Below are positions 24,047 through 37,716 of a stretch of DNA of 64,000 nt, piece after piece. The stretch comes from Carcharhinus longimanus (Eukaryota). Position numbers and translations under genes: made by a program. Numbering within the stretch: position 1 is the stretch's first letter; each line of letters opens with the position of its first letter. The notes beneath the pieces were generated by a model that was not told where the DNA came from, searched no databases, and saw only the letters and a program-made list of their open reading frames with translations. The stretch is taken from contig JASCQW010000133.1 of NCBI GenBank assembly GCA_030264375.1, forward strand, positions 43,862,003 through 43,926,002. The letters are read 5' to 3'.

Positions 24047-24444
24047 AGTTTTTGCGTTGGTTATTAAGGCAAATGGCACAGACTGGCACATGTGAAAGGC
24101 AAAGGGACATGGCACACACATTTCCGTACGTGTTTCAACATTTTTAGAATGGCTGCACAAGAGCAATTTGCAGTATTGTGGTGCAGAGACGTGAGTTGGC
24201 ATCTAATGCCGGTTACTTCCTGATTGAGGGAAAAACAGCAGCAATGTCATTGGCACCTTCTCACTATCTCTTGGTAGATGACAATCCTACAACAGCATAT
24301 TGCTTCTTTGCTTTCTTGGCCGACACTCTGCAGCATTAGGGAGCTGGGACCAGATAATTAAAAGGTTTTGTTAAATGGCGTTCAGTATAAAATTGCTTTT
24401 CAAAGATATCACCTTTCTGGGTTCCCTATAGACAGACGTGGGGG

Positions 24445-25425
24445 AATGTACAATAGGGAACAAAGAAATGGCTGGGCAACTGAATACATACTTTGCTTCT
24501 GCCTTCACAAGAGGGCACAGATCAGACACCAGAAATGTTGGAGAATGCAAGATTTAGTGGGAGGGAAGGACTGAGGGAGATCAATATTAGTAGAAGAATG
24601 GTGCTGGGAAGTTAATGGGATTGAAGGCAGATAAATCCCCAGGGCCTGATAGTCTACATCCCAGAGTACTTAAGAAAGTGGCTGTAGAAATAATGGATAC
24701 ATTGGTGGTCATCTTCCAGGATTCTATAGACTCTGGAACAGTCCCTGCAGATTGGAGAATAGCAAATGTCACTCCAGTATTCAAAAAAGGGAGATGACCA
24801 GTAAGCTTAACATCGACAGTGGGGAAAATTCTCGAACCCATTATCAAGAACTTTATAGCAGAGCATTTAGAAAGCAGTGGCAGCCTCAGACAGAGTCAGC
24901 ATGGATTTACAGAGGGGAAATCATGCTTGACAAATCTGTTGGAATTCTTTGAAAATGTAACTAACAAAGTTTACAAAGGGGAGCCAGTCGATGTGGTATA
25001 TTTGGACTTTCAGGAAACGTTTGACAAAGTCCTGCACAAGAGATTATCGTGCAAGATTAAAGCGCATGGGATTAGGGGGAGTATATTGAGATGGATAGAA
25101 AACTGGTTGGAGAGAGGAAACAAAGAGTAGGAATTAATGGGTGCTTTTCGAAATTGGCAGGCAGTAACGAGTGGAGTACCACAGGGATCTGTGCTGGGAC
25201 CCCAGCTATTCACAATATAGATTAATGGTTTGGGTGAAGGAACAAAATGTAACATCTCAAATTNNNNNNNNNNNNNNNNNNNNNNNNNNNNNNNNNNNNN
25301 NNNNNNNNNNNNNNNNNNNNNNNNNNNNNNNNNNNNNNNNNNNNNNNNNNNNNNNNNNNNNNNTGATACCAAGTTGGGTGGGAGGGTGAACTGTGACAAG
25401 GATGCAGGGATCCTTCAGAATGACC
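24445..25425 (+). mobile_element. CR1 LINE ORF2 RT fragment (decayed)
   Basis: KSPGPDSLHPRVLK, VPADWRIANVTPVFKKG, QHGFTEGKSCLTNLLEFFE, DVVYLDFQETFDKV, SGVPQGSVLGP. Confidence 0.95.
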
Positions 25426-26289
25426 TCTTACTCCTAACTTCCATGTGTCTATCCTAGTTGTTCTTAAACAGGGGCCCACAGTGTGTCTCCTGGGGGCTAC
25501 AGAATAATGTAAAAATGGGTGACATGGGCAATTGATGTGTGCAAGAATATTAAGTGACTTATTGCAGGAGGGGGGTTTGGTATAAGTTAGCAGCTGGGTG
25601 CGGCTGCCATATGCAGCACAGAATAAGTTGACTATCTCAGCAGGGAGGGAAATGGAACAAAGCTGAGAAGGGCTTGAGGATTGTAAACCTGCAATAAACA
25701 AGGCCGATGGCAAGTTCAGTCTTGTTCAAGAGAGGGGAATTTTAAAAAAATTATTACATAGTTAAAATGCAAAGAAAGGCACTGCCAAGCTTGAATAGAT
25801 AAAACACAGGACTTCACTGTAAGGGGAGATAGTTTACAAGTCTCACTGTCAAACATTACATCAAATGTAGGCAGAGACTGCAGTGAGTGGGTATTTTCAC
25901 CTCACCGACAAGTAAACACACATTACACTCATTAAAGCATTTTGAAAACTCTTTATGTGCAGCACTTTCATATTAGGAGCATTATATAATATTATAACTT
26001 ATTTTTGGTAGGGGGAGGGGGAATTTGTGAATAATATTCTATCCGAAAAAGCATCACTCAACCAAAGCAATCTGGAGAACCAATCTACCCTAACCATTGA
26101 TCCCACCTAGGGTTTGCAACTAGTTGATTTAGGCAGCGTAGTCACACTCAGGGACCTCTTAAGATGCACTTCACTCAGACATGGCCGAAAGTGCAACCCC
26201 GTGAAGTAAAATCCACAAGCTCCCGATTTACTCCGGCCTTCTCATATTTTTCAGAATACTGCACTGTAACTTTTTCTGCTTCAAAATTA

Positions 26290-26705
26290 GCTACAACCCT
26301 AGGCAAACTGCTCCAACATTTGCATCTAGCCACCAACGTGTAAGATTGTCCAGGTATGTCCTGCTCACTGAAATCAGGATAAAACCAATTCGGCCAGTGT
26401 CCTATAACTTTATTCCCGATCATCAGTAAAGTGCTACAAAGTGTCAGTGACAGTGCTACCAAACAATGCTTACTCAACTGTGTTTGGGTTCTGCTGAGGC
26501 CACTTGGCTCCAGTCCTCACTACAGCCTTAAACATAGACAAAACAGGTGAATTCCAGAGGTGAGTTCAGACAACTGTGACAAGCTTGATTTCAAAGGAAT
26601 ATGCTGTGGTTTTTGGAGGTCAACTATCTTAGCCCCCACCTCAGGCCCAACAATCTTCATCAATGATCTTCCCTCTATCATAAGACCAGCGGCAGGGATG
26701 TTTAT
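26290..26705 (+). mobile_element. Degenerate LINE RT fragment (same family as 3265-3735)
   Basis: GPTIFINDLPSIIR..GMF motif. Confidence 0.6.
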
Positions 26706-28415
26706 TAAGCCTCCTCCTTCAAAACCCATCTGTGTTGTTCAGTGAAAAGGATGGCATCATTTTAGATCCAGGATTGTGCTCTTGCTGCAGTCTACAGGAA
26801 GTGTCCAAGTCAGTGTCTACAAATTGCACAGGAGAAAAACAGACCCCTTTTTAACTGGGTAAGGTGCCAGGTGTGAGCTCAGCTTCCCTCATACCCATTG
26901 GGAAGGGGAGGGGCAAAGCCTCAGCTTCACTTTCTTGGGAAAACAAATCCTCAGTTTCAGTGAAAACAAGGCTATTTCACAGAAGTAGGTTGAGCAATAG
27001 TTCCATTGTTGCAACCTAAAGTAACTTTTTACAAGGGATTTTTGTCAAAATAGCTAATTCCTTCATTTAAATCTTTGATCCCTATGAGACATGGTCTGGC
27101 CAGGCTCCAGTTTGGTTCCATGATGGAATCCTCAGTCTTTCATTATTATGTTCTCTTGTGAGATTGCCAGTAAAAATGTACTTAACCCCTGCAGTCAATC
27201 TCGAGGTCACAGCACTTCAAATCACTTTCAAAGTGCTGGTACTCATGTATCATGGGCTCTTATTTATAGGGGAGATTCTTACAAACATGGAGGCAGGATC
27301 TGGACGACAATAGGAAATGTTGACGTTGGGTTAGCAGCTTGGTATGATCCCAGCTGGGTAAACTTGGCAGGATCAGGTGGTGAGGAATGGCAGCAGTGAG
27401 TAACAAATAATTAGCAAGTATGAGGATAATTAGGGCCACAGGGAGAATTCTGCCAGGAATAGCCTACAGCTGATGCCAGCTGCTTAGTGAAGGTGGTTTG
27501 CTGAAGGTAGATTGGGTGGCCATCAGAGTCCCAGGCCCTGCGCTCCAATGACTGCATACCAGCAGGAAAGGCCCCACACCCACAGCCCCAATGACTTCAC
27601 TGGAAGGGTCTCCCCTGTGCTCCATCAGATTGAGTTCATGCCTTGATGTCGAGGCACCCCCGCGCTCTCCTTTCTGTCTAAATAGCACCGACTTATCCAA
27701 GTGGGGCTTGTGGTCTCCTAAAGCTGGAGGTTTGCTGACTACCATCCTTAACTGACAGCGTTTCCAGAGGTGGTCTCTTAATTGGTTGCCTCCAGAAAGA
27801 CCTCGCAGGCGGGTGGAATTCAGACCATCAGGACAGGATTGCATTTGTCCCGAGTATTTTCAAAGGTGACAAAATTCTCATGCAACTATTCTTATCGCAC
27901 TGCTGTTTCCACACTCATATGGGTGCTCCCAATCATGGGTACAACAGTCGTCACACAGATCACACGTATTTTTATACATGAACTGAATTTGGACTATTGC
28001 ATGTGTAGGCTGCTCTATTCCACATCCTGAAACTTCTGTCAGCTCCTCTCTTTATTATTGGGGTGTGGCTGCTGTTGGCAAGGCCAATTTCTTTTGCTTG
28101 CTGCTCTTGAATGGAGTTTCACTAGCAAACCACATTAACCACTTGGCTCATATTACTGGAGGTGGGTGGCTGCAATCCTGGATTTTTTGGCTCAAGCAGG
28201 TCTCTGTCAGAGCCAAAAACAGGTCATTGAAGAACAATATTTGCAAATATTTTCATGACAGTTTAAGTAGCAACAATGTGTAAGTGTCACGCAGTCATGA
28301 AACAAAAACTACCCTTTCAATTAACTATGAGTAATCTTCTTTTAATAGGGAGGAGAAACCAAACCACTAAAATTCTGCTTTAGTTTCTTCCTTTGGGTTT
28401 CAGTGCCACTGATAC

Positions 28416-29750
28416 AACATAAGAAATAGGAGCAGGAGTAGGCCATCTGGCCCCTCGAGCCTGCTCTGCCTTTCAATAAGATCATGGCTGATCTTTCTGT
28501 GGACTCAGCTCCACTTACCCGCCTGTTCACCATAGCCCTTAATTCCTTTACTATTCAAAAAAGTACTTATCCTTGTCTTAAAAACATTCAATGAGGTAGT
28601 CTCAATGTTCCACTGGGCAGGAACTCCATAGATTCACAACCCTTTGTGTGAAGAAGTTCCTCCTCAACCCATTCCTAAATCTGCTTCCCCTTATTTTGAC
28701 ACCATGCCCCCTACATCTAGTTCCATCAGCTAGTGGAAACAACTTCCCTGCTTCTATCTTACCTATTTGCTTTATAATCTTGTATGTTTCTGTAAGATCT
28801 CCCCTCATTCTTCTGAATGCCAGTGAGTATAGCCCCAGTCTACTCAGTCTCTCCTCATAAGCCAACCCTCTCAACTCTGAAACTAACCTAGTGAATCTTC
28901 TCTGCACCCCCTCCAGTGCCAATATATTCTTTCTCAAGTAAGGAGACGAAAACTGTACACAGTACCCAGGTATGGCCTCACGAGCACCTTATACAGCTGC
29001 AACGTAACCTCACTATTTTTAACCTCCATCCTTTTAGCAATGAAGGACAAAATTCCATGTGCCTTCTTAATTACCTGCTGTACCTGCAAACCAACTCCTC
29101 GCGATTTTGCACAAGGACACCCAGGTCCCTCTGCACAGCAGCATGCTGCAATTTTTTACTATTTAAATGATACTCCATTTTACTGTTATTCCNNNNNNNN
29201 NNNNNNNNNNNNNNNNNNNNNNNNNNNNNNNNNNNNNNNNNNNNNNNNNNNNNNNNNNNNNNNNNNNNNNNNNNNNNNNNNNNNNNNNNNNNAGCATGCT
29301 GCAATTTTTTACTATTTAAATGATACTCCATTTTACTGTTATTCCTATCAAAATGGATGATCTCACATTTACCAACATTGTATTTCATCTGCCAGACCCT
29401 CGCCCACTCATTTAGACTATCTATATCCCTTTGAAGACTTTCAGCGTCCACTGCATACTTTGCTCTGCGCTCATCTTAGTGTCATCTGCAAATTTTGACA
29501 CCATCTTCCATGGTTGTGAAAGAAGCCCCATCTTTTCACCCAGACAGGACACACCGGGAATTCCACAGATTCACAACCCTTTGGTTGAAGAAGTTCCTCC
29601 TCAATTCAGTCCTCTCCCCCTTATTTTGAAGCCATGCCCCCTAGATCTAGTTGCACCCACCAGTGGAAACAACCTCCCTGATTCTATCTTATTTATTCCC
29701 TTCATAATCTTGTACATTTCGATAAAATCTCCCCTCATTCTTCTGAATTT
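28416..29750 (-). mobile_element. CR1 LINE 3' portion plus adjacent second CR1 fragment
   Basis: [71 protein letters not shown]; CR1 tail at 28416-28460. Confidence 0.93.
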
Positions 29751-30121
29751 TTCAAATCCAAAGAACAGCATTTGGCTGATACAAAAGCCTAGACTGGCAT
29801 CTTTTAACCTGATGCTGAAATGTAGATTGAGCAGTTGTTATTCTGAATGGAGCCCCTGTTAATAAAACTAGGAAACAGCATTGCTATTACATGGTGCTGA
29901 GATCGGCCTAGTGATGTATCCTGTGAGTTGCAGCAAGAACTGCAAAATCCTCATCTCTAGAAAGAAAAGCAACTGAGAGAACAGTTAAAGAATAGAAAAG
30001 TTGATCACAACTGGATTTAGTTGTGGCTGGGTGAATATGAGCAATTGTTGTGTCAAACCCCCAGTAAAGTATAAGGTTGTACAACCCTGCATATCTGCTC
30101 ACCAGCCCCAATGGTTCTCAC

Positions 30122-30202
30122 CTGCCAGGTGACCAGTGGGTAAATAGCTGCTGTGGTGATGGGGTGGAGGTCCAAAGGTGGTTGCAGCTGGATGTGCATT
30201 AC
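30122..30202 (-). CDS. FBRSL1: FBRSL1 exon (exon 16 equivalent) GNAHPAATTFGPPPHHHSSYLPTGHLA
   Basis: tttccttgtag|GT...GCAG|gtgaga; 81 nt, phase 1-1; homologous to AUTS2 AAHPTGTPFGPPPHHSNFL. Confidence 0.92.
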
Positions 30203-31994
30203 CTACAAGGAAAGGACAAAAATGAAAAGCTCGGTTAAATGAAGGATAAAGAAGTCAAGAAAAGATGAAAGCAACAATCCATCAATACTGTTAACAAGTC
30301 ATCAGAGAATAGAGATACATAGGGTCATTTCAGTGAACACGTACATACAGTTCAAATTATTACTATATCATCAACCCAGGAGGCAGCTTTCTGTTGAAAT
30401 GGAAATCCACTGAAACATATCTACTACTATACTTCCACATGACTAATGGAGACTGTCATTTTCCAATCCACCAAGATTTCAGGACACATCTAACAGATGA
30501 GAACCCCAGTGACAGGTTTTAAATGAGATCGCTTACAAACTTTTGTAATGCATAGGACAACAGCCAGGCGATAATGAAGATCCACCACAGAAACTAAAGG
30601 GAATGCTGCAAAGTGGCAGAATGTTATTGAACATAGTGCTGGTTGGGCAGCCAACCATCTGTCTTGTGGACAGCTAGTCAAAGTTACCATGTACACCTAC
30701 CACAGTACCAAAAATCCCAGCACATGTACAGTAGCTGAAAGGGGTGGGGTGCTGTCCAATGTGCCAGCCGCAGTGGGACGAAAGCAACACACATCAGTAA
30801 TATCTTCATCCGATGGCAATCTTGTTAACACTTTTGAGTTGCTATATTTTATTGATTCTCAAGAAATCCTCATCTGATATCCAGTGATCTGCAGTTATGC
30901 TGTGGCTGCAACACAGTGAATACTGCTGGATACTTGCAGCTGGGAAGCTCAGGAGAGTCAGGCTGAAACGACAGAAGGATCCAGTGCATTGGGGGTTGAC
31001 TGGAGGGGTGAGGATGTACAAATGATCAGAGTGTCGAGGAGGTTACAGAGGTAGGGTTGAGGCAAGGGTATTCAGGAAGAGAATTTTGAATTCAATGCGT
31101 TTGTGGAAGGAGGGGTGGCAAACTGATAGGCTAGCAGACTATAGGCAGTTGAGTTTCAGATGAGTTGGCAATCTATATAGATTGGCAGCCATGAAAATTC
31201 AAACTATACCACTGGAACAGCAGCTTTAATCTGCATACTTTATTTTAATATTTATTTTAAAAATTTAATTCAGACCCAGGTGTAATTTATTTTGCACTGT
31301 ATGTACCATTAATAAGATCAGAAAAAGAGGAAGTTTAGATTATGTTCTCGCTTAGTAAGTGGCTGCACTAAGTGCAAACGATGATAGTTTCAAGAATGCT
31401 TGGAGTTAGAGCATCAAGCACAGGTGAAATTTGACCCCAGGAGCTTGGCAGCATTGTGGGAGCTTCAAACAGCAAGTAAACTCAGTGGGCTGAAACACTT
31501 CACAATCAGGCTTCCGCAGAAGTAACTGATCTCAGCTTCATTGTCAGGCAATATACTCTCAGCAGCTGCTTTACCAAGAGGAGGAATGCAAACTTGAAAT
31601 ACCTGTGTCTCTCAGGTTGCAATTCACCAATGCCCAAGCACTGGGAGAAATGACAAAGAGGATTACACTCAATCATTCTCTTGCGTCCCAGGCTGCACAG
31701 ACTGGGAAGCCATCAATAGGTGAAAAAAATTCAAAACACAGTAAAAACTGCTCCACTACTCAACAAAATCATGGCTGACCATCTTTTACCTCAACTTCCC
31801 TTTCCAGTAATTTCCTCACATTAGTAGTCCAAAAATCTATTTATCTCTATGTTGAATATACTCAGCAACTGAGTATCCAGTGCTCTCGGAGACAGAATTC
31901 CAAAGATTCAAACCCTTTAAGTGAAGAATTTTCAACTCAGTTCAGAATGTTTGATCCCTTACCCTGAAACTGGAACCCCATATTCTAGATTTGC

Positions 31995-32108
31995 CATGAT
32001 GTGGAGATGCTGGCGCTGGACTAGGGTAAACACAGTAAGAATTCTCACAACACCAGATTAAAGTCCAACAGGTTTATTTGGCAGTCAAAGCCACTAGCTT
32101 TAGGAGCA
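31995..32108 (+). mobile_element. Penelope-like element fragment
   Basis: Same catgatgtggagatg..cagtaagaa..taaagtccaacaggtttatttgg..gccactagcttt sequence as 15033-15110. Confidence 0.7.
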
Positions 32109-32887
32109 GCAAAGCTAGCTCCGAAATTGGATTTGAGCTGGAATGCAGTGTTAACCCACACAAAATAATTTATTTATCTAACTAACAGTGAGCAAGTTAA
32201 CTAAACTATTAACAAACTGAATAAATCCCTTTTATTTGGGAATAGTTAATAAAACACAATTCTAATGGAATGCTGCTCAAATAAATACAATTCCCATTCA
32301 TTAACAAAATAGAATTTAGTCACTCTCTAAACTGCAAACAGATTTTCTCTTCTGGAATATTCTGGGCCTTGTCTGTTGATTTTTGTGTCTGTAACTTCTT
32401 TCTTCTTTGGTACCTTTGCAAGCTAGATGGTGCTTTCTCTAAGACATAGATGAAGCTACGAGGGCCAGTGATTCTCTCTCTCCTGAGTTGAGAGCTGATA
32501 GGTCTGGCAAGTGGCAGTTGCACTACCCGCTTTGTCCCACTGCCCCGTTCTTTTACACCTGTGATGACATATCAACGTTTGCACAAGAGGATTGGTCCCA
32601 GGTTGTCAAAACATTCAGATTTAAATTTAATAGGTTTTTGGTATCTAAGTGCTTGATTCAAATTGACTGGCTAAATTCAAAAAGTCTTGGTAACACTGCT
32701 GCTTGGCCTTTCAATGTTTCAGTTTGGGCTGTCTGTGTACTTGCACATTAAATCTCTAAGCACAGAAAAAGCAACATCTTTTAACAGAACCATGCAATGC
32801 TTCCCCTCCCCCCACCCACCATGCCCACAGCATTTGACAATTTTACAAACACCAAGTTCTAACGTCCTACCTCCCAATCTACGATTA

Positions 32888-33109
<222 letters not shown>

Positions 33110-33750
33110 TCAACATCCTATATTAGAGTAATAGCACCAAAAGAACAATTATTCCACAATCAAGACTGAGCTGTTAAATGCAGAGATATGGGTTGGGAAA
33201 GTCCTCAGGAGCCCTGCTGATCAGTCTCATGAATTTGGCATATTCAATATTCCTGCCGATCTCTCATCCACTCACACACCCGCGTTTCACACACATGCTC
33301 ATACCCATGCTCACACCCCCACATGCACACACCCTATCCCACTCATCATACACACCCACACTCCCACTCACCTCACACATACTCGCACACCCCTTTGCTC
33401 TCAGGCCTCTGCTCCTCCCGCCTTATGATCTCTGCCTAACTTGTTCCACCATCCGCTCTCTTCCTGGCTCCATTGTCCACTCTCTTTCTCACTCTCGCTC
33501 TGGTTTGGACATCTAAGGACTTACTTATCTGCTGTTTACAGCTTGTCCAATCAGACGTTGGCTTTTCACTGCAATGGCTGTATCAGTAGCCAATGCAGGG
33601 GGAAATCAGCCTTGCCTACCACAAAATCCCTGGGTGTATCCAATGGAACCCCAGAGTTCTGTGGAACCTGGCTTGGGGAACCCTGGTTTAATATAAGTGG
33701 TTACATATGTTATTGAGATTTCACCAAGCTAGCACATATGGCAGTTTTTA

Positions 33751-33948
<198 letters not shown>

Positions 33949-35450
33949 TTAGCAGACACGTTTCAACTGGCAGTAACGAAAATATGCAAATTTATAGGCT
34001 TACTGAAATAAAATGCAAAGCCCCGCATAAAATAGCAAGCAGGAAAACCTCTAAATGGACTGCAGCCAAATACATCTGTTGTGAAGCTTGAAGCAAATAT
34101 TTGACAGGTAAGCTGAAATGGCCTGAAGGCAGAAATCCTTTTCAATTATATGCAAGAACTGCTTGTAAGTAGACAAATATACAACAGAACAAAGACACGC
34201 AATCCGGAGATAGAATGCACTTTGCATTTAGGTTTAGACTGGCTTACTGCTCCTATATTTTGGAATGGAATGTCAAGGCAACATACGTGGACGATAAAAT
34301 GGTTTTGACTTTATGAAAGAAAGTGTTGCTTCTACTATGAAGAAACCATAACAATTTGCATTTCAGCTGAATTGGTAACCAGTGAGGTACATCCTCCGTA
34401 TTTCACTTACTGGCAAAGGTTAGGTGCTTTTTCTCATGTGGAACACAAGCAATCAAAAGTACCCTTCCTCAATCCAGGCAACAGTACAGTTGTTATGCCA
34501 AGGAGAGCTTAACTTGAAGATTCATAATCATTGTACCCATGGTGAGCAATTTTCTGCACATTCCATAGTTCATTCTGACACAGATACTCTTTCTTAATGA
34601 GAAGAAGAATCAGTTTGACTAGGAACTACAGCAGAGACCAAAACGACCCTGACATTTCATTGCCACACATCATAAAAGGGAGGTCCGAAAGGCAATATGA
34701 ATATTAGGAATACTCCTCATGGTTGCCATGTAAGTATCTTCTATGGCAACCTGTTCAAAGTTAACACATATTTCGGCTACATTTCTTCTTGAAAGATTTA
34801 GTCTTTCCCAGGGTGGGGAGTTATTATTTTGGGATGGAATGGAGATCACTGACTTCATGTTAATTGTACATAATTACACAATCCACTTATCCATTCTTTG
34901 TTCTCTGATAAATGGACCCAATGTCTCACCTTCATGGTTGACATGGATTTGTACAGCAGCAGGCTGTTATCCGTGCACCCATAAGGCAGAATATTAGCCC
35001 TCCTTCATAGTTGATGGCATAGAATTAAAGAATTATTATGTCCTGAGCCCAGTGATATTTGGATACCATGTCTGCATGAAGTTAAGATGAGGTCTGAGAA
35101 CCTGTCTATCCTAGATAAAACAGTCAAGTTATTAGGGGACGTGGATGAGTTATTTTGTGAATTTAGACCAAAGCTATTGATATTATTATTTCTCAATCAA
35201 CAACACTAACGAGCATAGGGAACAGGCTCAATAAATCACAGACATCTGTACAAGATTAAATACTATCCATAAGTAGGAAACAGGCATTTTGCTCCCCGCC
35301 TCCCATCCCAGAATATCTGGTTTACCACATATTAGTGACAGGAACATTGGTGAGGGCACATTGAGTGTTTACCCAGAAGGCAATAGATAATGTTAACCAT
35401 TAGGAAAACATTCAGTGCCCGCCCCCCCGCCGTAGAGAATAACCAATTAC

Positions 35451-35501
35451 TTGGGTTCTGAAGGAGTGAGCACCTGTCACACTGTTTTTATTGTCCATGT
35501 C
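35451..35501 (-). CDS. Candidate 51-nt cassette exon DMDNKNSVTGAHSFRTQ
   Basis: About 30-nt polypyrimidine tract then cacaaaag|GAC...CAA|gtaatt; phase 0-0, no stop. Confidence 0.4.
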
Positions 35502-36159
35502 CTTTTGTGGGAGGGTGGAGGAGGAAAGAGAAGAGAAAGAACGAAATGGTTCACCTCTCTCAACAATGGCCCAAACATGTTTCCAAACCAGTCAGAGAAG
35601 CAGAGCACTGTGAACCAACTTTCTTCTCATCCTGACCCCGCAAATAATAAAAATAGTTGACAACAGTATATTTTGAGAACAATGCAAGAAGAAGAACTCA
35701 GAGGTACAACTGGACTTCTGTGATTGAATAGAAAGTAAGTTGGGAGCTGGTCAAGTTTAAGAATAAAGAAGATAATAGTGATTGACAGCGTGTGTGTTCT
35801 GGGCTTCTATCATTGACTCCCTGGCAATTAAGAAGGGAAGAGAAAACGACTTAGATCTTCAGGCAATAAAAGAGTTAGCAGGCATATTTGGAAATTTCAC
35901 AAAGAGCCTGATATGTGGGACCACAAAAACGCTTGGTGCCACTAAACGCAGGTCTACCTATTGAGTCCGTCAAACCTCCTGCTTCTGGCACTGTAAGATG
36001 TTACTTGAAGAAATCTTTTTCTGAAATTCCAAAATCAAAGATCAGAATATTTCCAGGACAGCTTTGAACCAGGCTTCTATGAAATTGAAGCCCTAGGGAA
36101 AGATTCAGCTCCACTTGTGCTAGAATCTCAACTAATACTTTTACTCGAGGTATACTTAC

Positions 36160-36201
36160 GCCCATTGGTTTTTGAGGTAGATTTACCCTTTTGTGTGGGA
36201 G
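36160..36201 (-). CDS. Candidate cassette exon: 15 nt (LPHKR, 36187-36201) or 42 nt (LPHKRVNLPQKPMG)
   Basis: tttactgttttcttccag| acceptor; donors AGG|gtaaat and GGC|gtaagt, both frame-preserving in a phase-0 intron. Confidence 0.45.
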
Positions 36202-37686
36202 CTGGAAGAAAACAGTAAACACAAATGAAACACTGAACTCTTCATGGAGGAAACCATGTCAAAAATAGATGTCTTGATTTTTTAAACAGTGATCCATAAG
36301 TTTTTCCCTTGGCCTTCCATGGCAGACTGCAAAGAAGTGTTCAGTGAGAAGATAGAAAGCCTTGCTGGAGCACATACAGATTTTTGAAGCCAGAACTTTG
36401 CGATAATTCCATTATTTGCCATCTTAAGTTGACAGAAAGTGAAGAAACTTCAACAAGTTTCAAAGAAAAGTTGCATTCATAATGAATGTGTCACTACAGG
36501 AATCAACCATTTTGATGTGTGGATGATCACAACACAACTTTCAACTGATTCTAACAAGCAAGCAAGATCTGAAGATGGGGTCCTTTATTGACCACAGAAA
36601 GGAGAAAGGACAGGTTCACTAAAAGCTGCATATAATTTTACCGTAGACCTATACCACAAGCCAGATGGTAGAGAATCACAAATATAAGCAATGTGAACAT
36701 TTGACAACAATTTTAAACATAAATTCACTTTCCATTTTTATTCACTTAAGTGTTCTAGAGAGGGGAGTCACCACTAAAGTTAACATCCCACAGTATTCAA
36801 TTAAGTTTCCAAAATAAAATGCATGCAAATGCATACATCATTACAATTGCACAACCCACAGGAGCAAATACAGTCATTTGACTACAGAAACCTTTAATTT
36901 TATGGGAATATTTACAACTGTTTCAAAGAACAGCAGTGTTCTTTTGCTTTACAACGTTCAGAAATGAGTACATTTGCCACTTCCTAACACTGGCTTTAGA
37001 AGAATAAAGGATGATTTCCATACTTCAGAATTTCTCCTAAGCTCATGTCTGGCCAATTAGAACTATGAAGGCTGGATTCAACAATGTAAGCCACCTTCAG
37101 ATTAAAACCAATTAAAAACACCTCCTCCTTTCAAAATGAAGTTACCCTTTTCCTTTAAAATTTTCCACAGCATCTACAATTTCCCCACGACGACAGCTAA
37201 TTAGACACTCCCAAAGTGAAAGAAAATGCGTTAAAAATTATGCCCAAAATATCCAAATGAAGCACTGCCCAAGGCAAACTTGTACAGCCCTTATACGCAG
37301 ATGGATCCAAAGAGTAAGTCTTCGCACCCTGCTTTCTCAGGACCACAAGGCTGAAATGGCAAATCAGGTGCATGAACATTCTAGCATGTCAAAGCAAAAA
37401 TGTACAATGCATATGGAGCATAAGAATCAAGTATTTCAATGAGAACTGCCAAAAAAAATAAATTGGCAGCAGGCAGCGTGAGCAGCCCACTTGAAATTTA
37501 GACTCACCATTTTAAACAGGTATTAAAAATGTTATAATAATGCAGAAAAATAACCTGTGACTTGCAGTATCCATACTTCCATAGATCCCATTATAAACAT
37601 GATTTTTTGAATAAAAAACACAACTTAATAATGTATGAAATGGTTTTACGAAATGATTAACCATTAAAGAAGTAGATCTCACTTAC

Positions 37687-37716
37687 TCTTATTGACTGTC
37701 TGTATGGGTCTGACAA
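37687..37716 (-). CDS. FBRSL1: FBRSL1 30-nt exon (exon 13 equivalent) LSDPYRQSIR
   Basis: ttttctagcag|TTG...AGA|gtaagt; phase 0-0; homologous to AUTS2 LTDPFRPMLR. Confidence 0.9.

Noticed and set aside
29140-29345. Direct repeat either side of a 100-N gap
   Set aside because: Identical sequence flanking a standard-size gap is an unmerged contig overlap, not a biological duplication
32130-32760. LTR-like segment after the Penelope fragment
   Set aside because: Termini could not be defined from sequence alone
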